This document shows, in pieces, positions 62,930 to 64,000 of a stretch of 64,000 bases of DNA. The notes under the pieces were generated by a model, which made no database searches, was not told where the DNA came from, and saw only the letters and a program-made list of their open reading frames with translations. Position 1 is the stretch's first letter, and every line of letters starts with the position of its first letter. A program made the translations under genes and the position numbers. Source of the DNA: Lytechinus pictus (Eukaryota); the NCBI RefSeq assembly GCF_037042905.1, contig NC_087250.1, positions 5,024,001 through 5,088,000 on the forward strand, in the 5' to 3' direction.

Positions 62930-63480
62930 ACTTTTTTTAATGAAGCTTTAAAAGAAAAGATAGATGCAGTGAGTATAATATCGTTGGGCAAATCATTCCA
63001 AATATCATGCAGGGCCGCGATGTCTTATCGTTTTGTGCGCTAATATTGTTTCCGGGTTTGTTACTGTGAATGTTTGATGAGTGGTGTAGAATATGAATGA
63101 ATGTTGGTGTTGTAAACGAAAATATCTTGAAAGGGTATATATTTAATTGACAATTTATACATAAAAATGGCAGTTTGGAAAGTATGAATGTCATGAATTT
63201 TGAATGTTTTAAGGTTCCGAAAAATTGGATCAGTATGTGGTAATAAATGCGAGTGGTAACAAATACGGAGTGCTTTCTTTTGGAGGCGCAGAATTTAGTC
63301 TATTTTCGTTTTGTTGCTATTACCCCACAATATATTGCAATATGATAATATATGTGACAAAATAAAGGAATTGTACAGCATAAAAGGTGATCTGTGGGAA
63401 AGAAAATATTTCAGTTTAAATAGTATGCCAATACATCTGGCAACGAGTGTGCTAACATAACGAATGTGGCTAATCAAGGT
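62930..63480 (-). mobile_element. Degenerate CR1/L2-group LINE ORF2 C-terminal fragment
   Basis: HIRYVSTLVARCIGILFKLKYFL..LYNSFILSH..YCNILWGN...ID*ILRLQKKALRI..HTDPIF...FMYKL; contains an in-frame stop. Confidence 0.82.
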
Positions 63481-64000
63481 TATGCTTATTTACTTTTAGG
63501 ACTGACTTTTAACGTCACCATCCAAAAGAAGTGACCGGGTCTCAAACCTCGAACTTTTGAATAATTAGTTCCCCCCCACATTGCTTGCATTGCAAGTACA
63601 CTGTAAAAAAAAAATCTTTGAATCAGTAGTTAACACTTAATGTATTTAAGTAGAATTTACAATTTGTAATTATTTTTCGTTGTTTTTAATTAGTTTCAAC
63701 TTGTCTTTTAATTTACTTGATTTACTTGATTTATTTGGGTTCAATATACATTTAAGAAAATTCACGTATTGATAGCTTGCTTTGATTGAGTAAATCTAAC
63801 TCAATTAGGCAAAGATGATTGTTACTTATAAAATCATGTTGAATGTACTTATATTTTTCAATTAACGCCATATTTAAATAATGCATGAATATTCATTAGA
63901 GCAAGTAAATGTGTTTTTTTTTAAATAACTGTCATATCTATTTGTGTTTGAAATTGTTTTGGATAAGGGTGTGCTAACTATTGTATTCTTTTGTTGAATC

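Noticed and set aside
62937..63477. ORFs 62937-63194 and 63295-63477 as host genes
   Set aside because: Pieces of a decayed LINE ORF2 with an in-frame stop.

Overview
Eukaryotic, AT-rich, intron-rich and repeat-dense DNA. The repeat families and gene types point to an invertebrate deuterostome, probably a sea urchin (inference). Four protein-coding genes can be rebuilt by hand from GT-AG splice sites with consistent phases. (1) A 7-exon GH18 di-N-acetylchitobiase (CTBS-like) gene on the minus strand, 9090->1100, 365 aa. (2) A GLTP-fold, CPTP/GLTPD1-like lipid-transfer gene with 4 coding exons on the plus strand, 20395->26211, 224 aa, whose ligand-binding residues look remodelled. (3) An unrecognised 4-exon gene on the minus strand, 38459->31076, 220 aa, not recovered by the ORF track, predicted to be a type II membrane protein with a His/Gly/Pro-rich repetitive C-terminal domain. 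(4) A TRIM gene (RING, B-box, coiled coil, NHL-like beta-propeller) with a single coding exon on the plus strand, 50598->52574. A possible first exon of a fifth gene lies near 58170-58204. The rest is non-autonomous DNA transposons (hAT-like with 8-bp TSDs, CACT-ended with 2-bp TSDs, TTAA Kolobok-like, Tc1-like, Academ-like), tRNA-derived SINEs, L2/CR1-type LINE remnants, and mini- and microsatellites. The most unusual structure: in two unrelated genes the end of exon 2 plus its 5' splice donor has been tandemly amplified into the next intron. Superfamily names and homologue comparisons are from memory; no searches were run.
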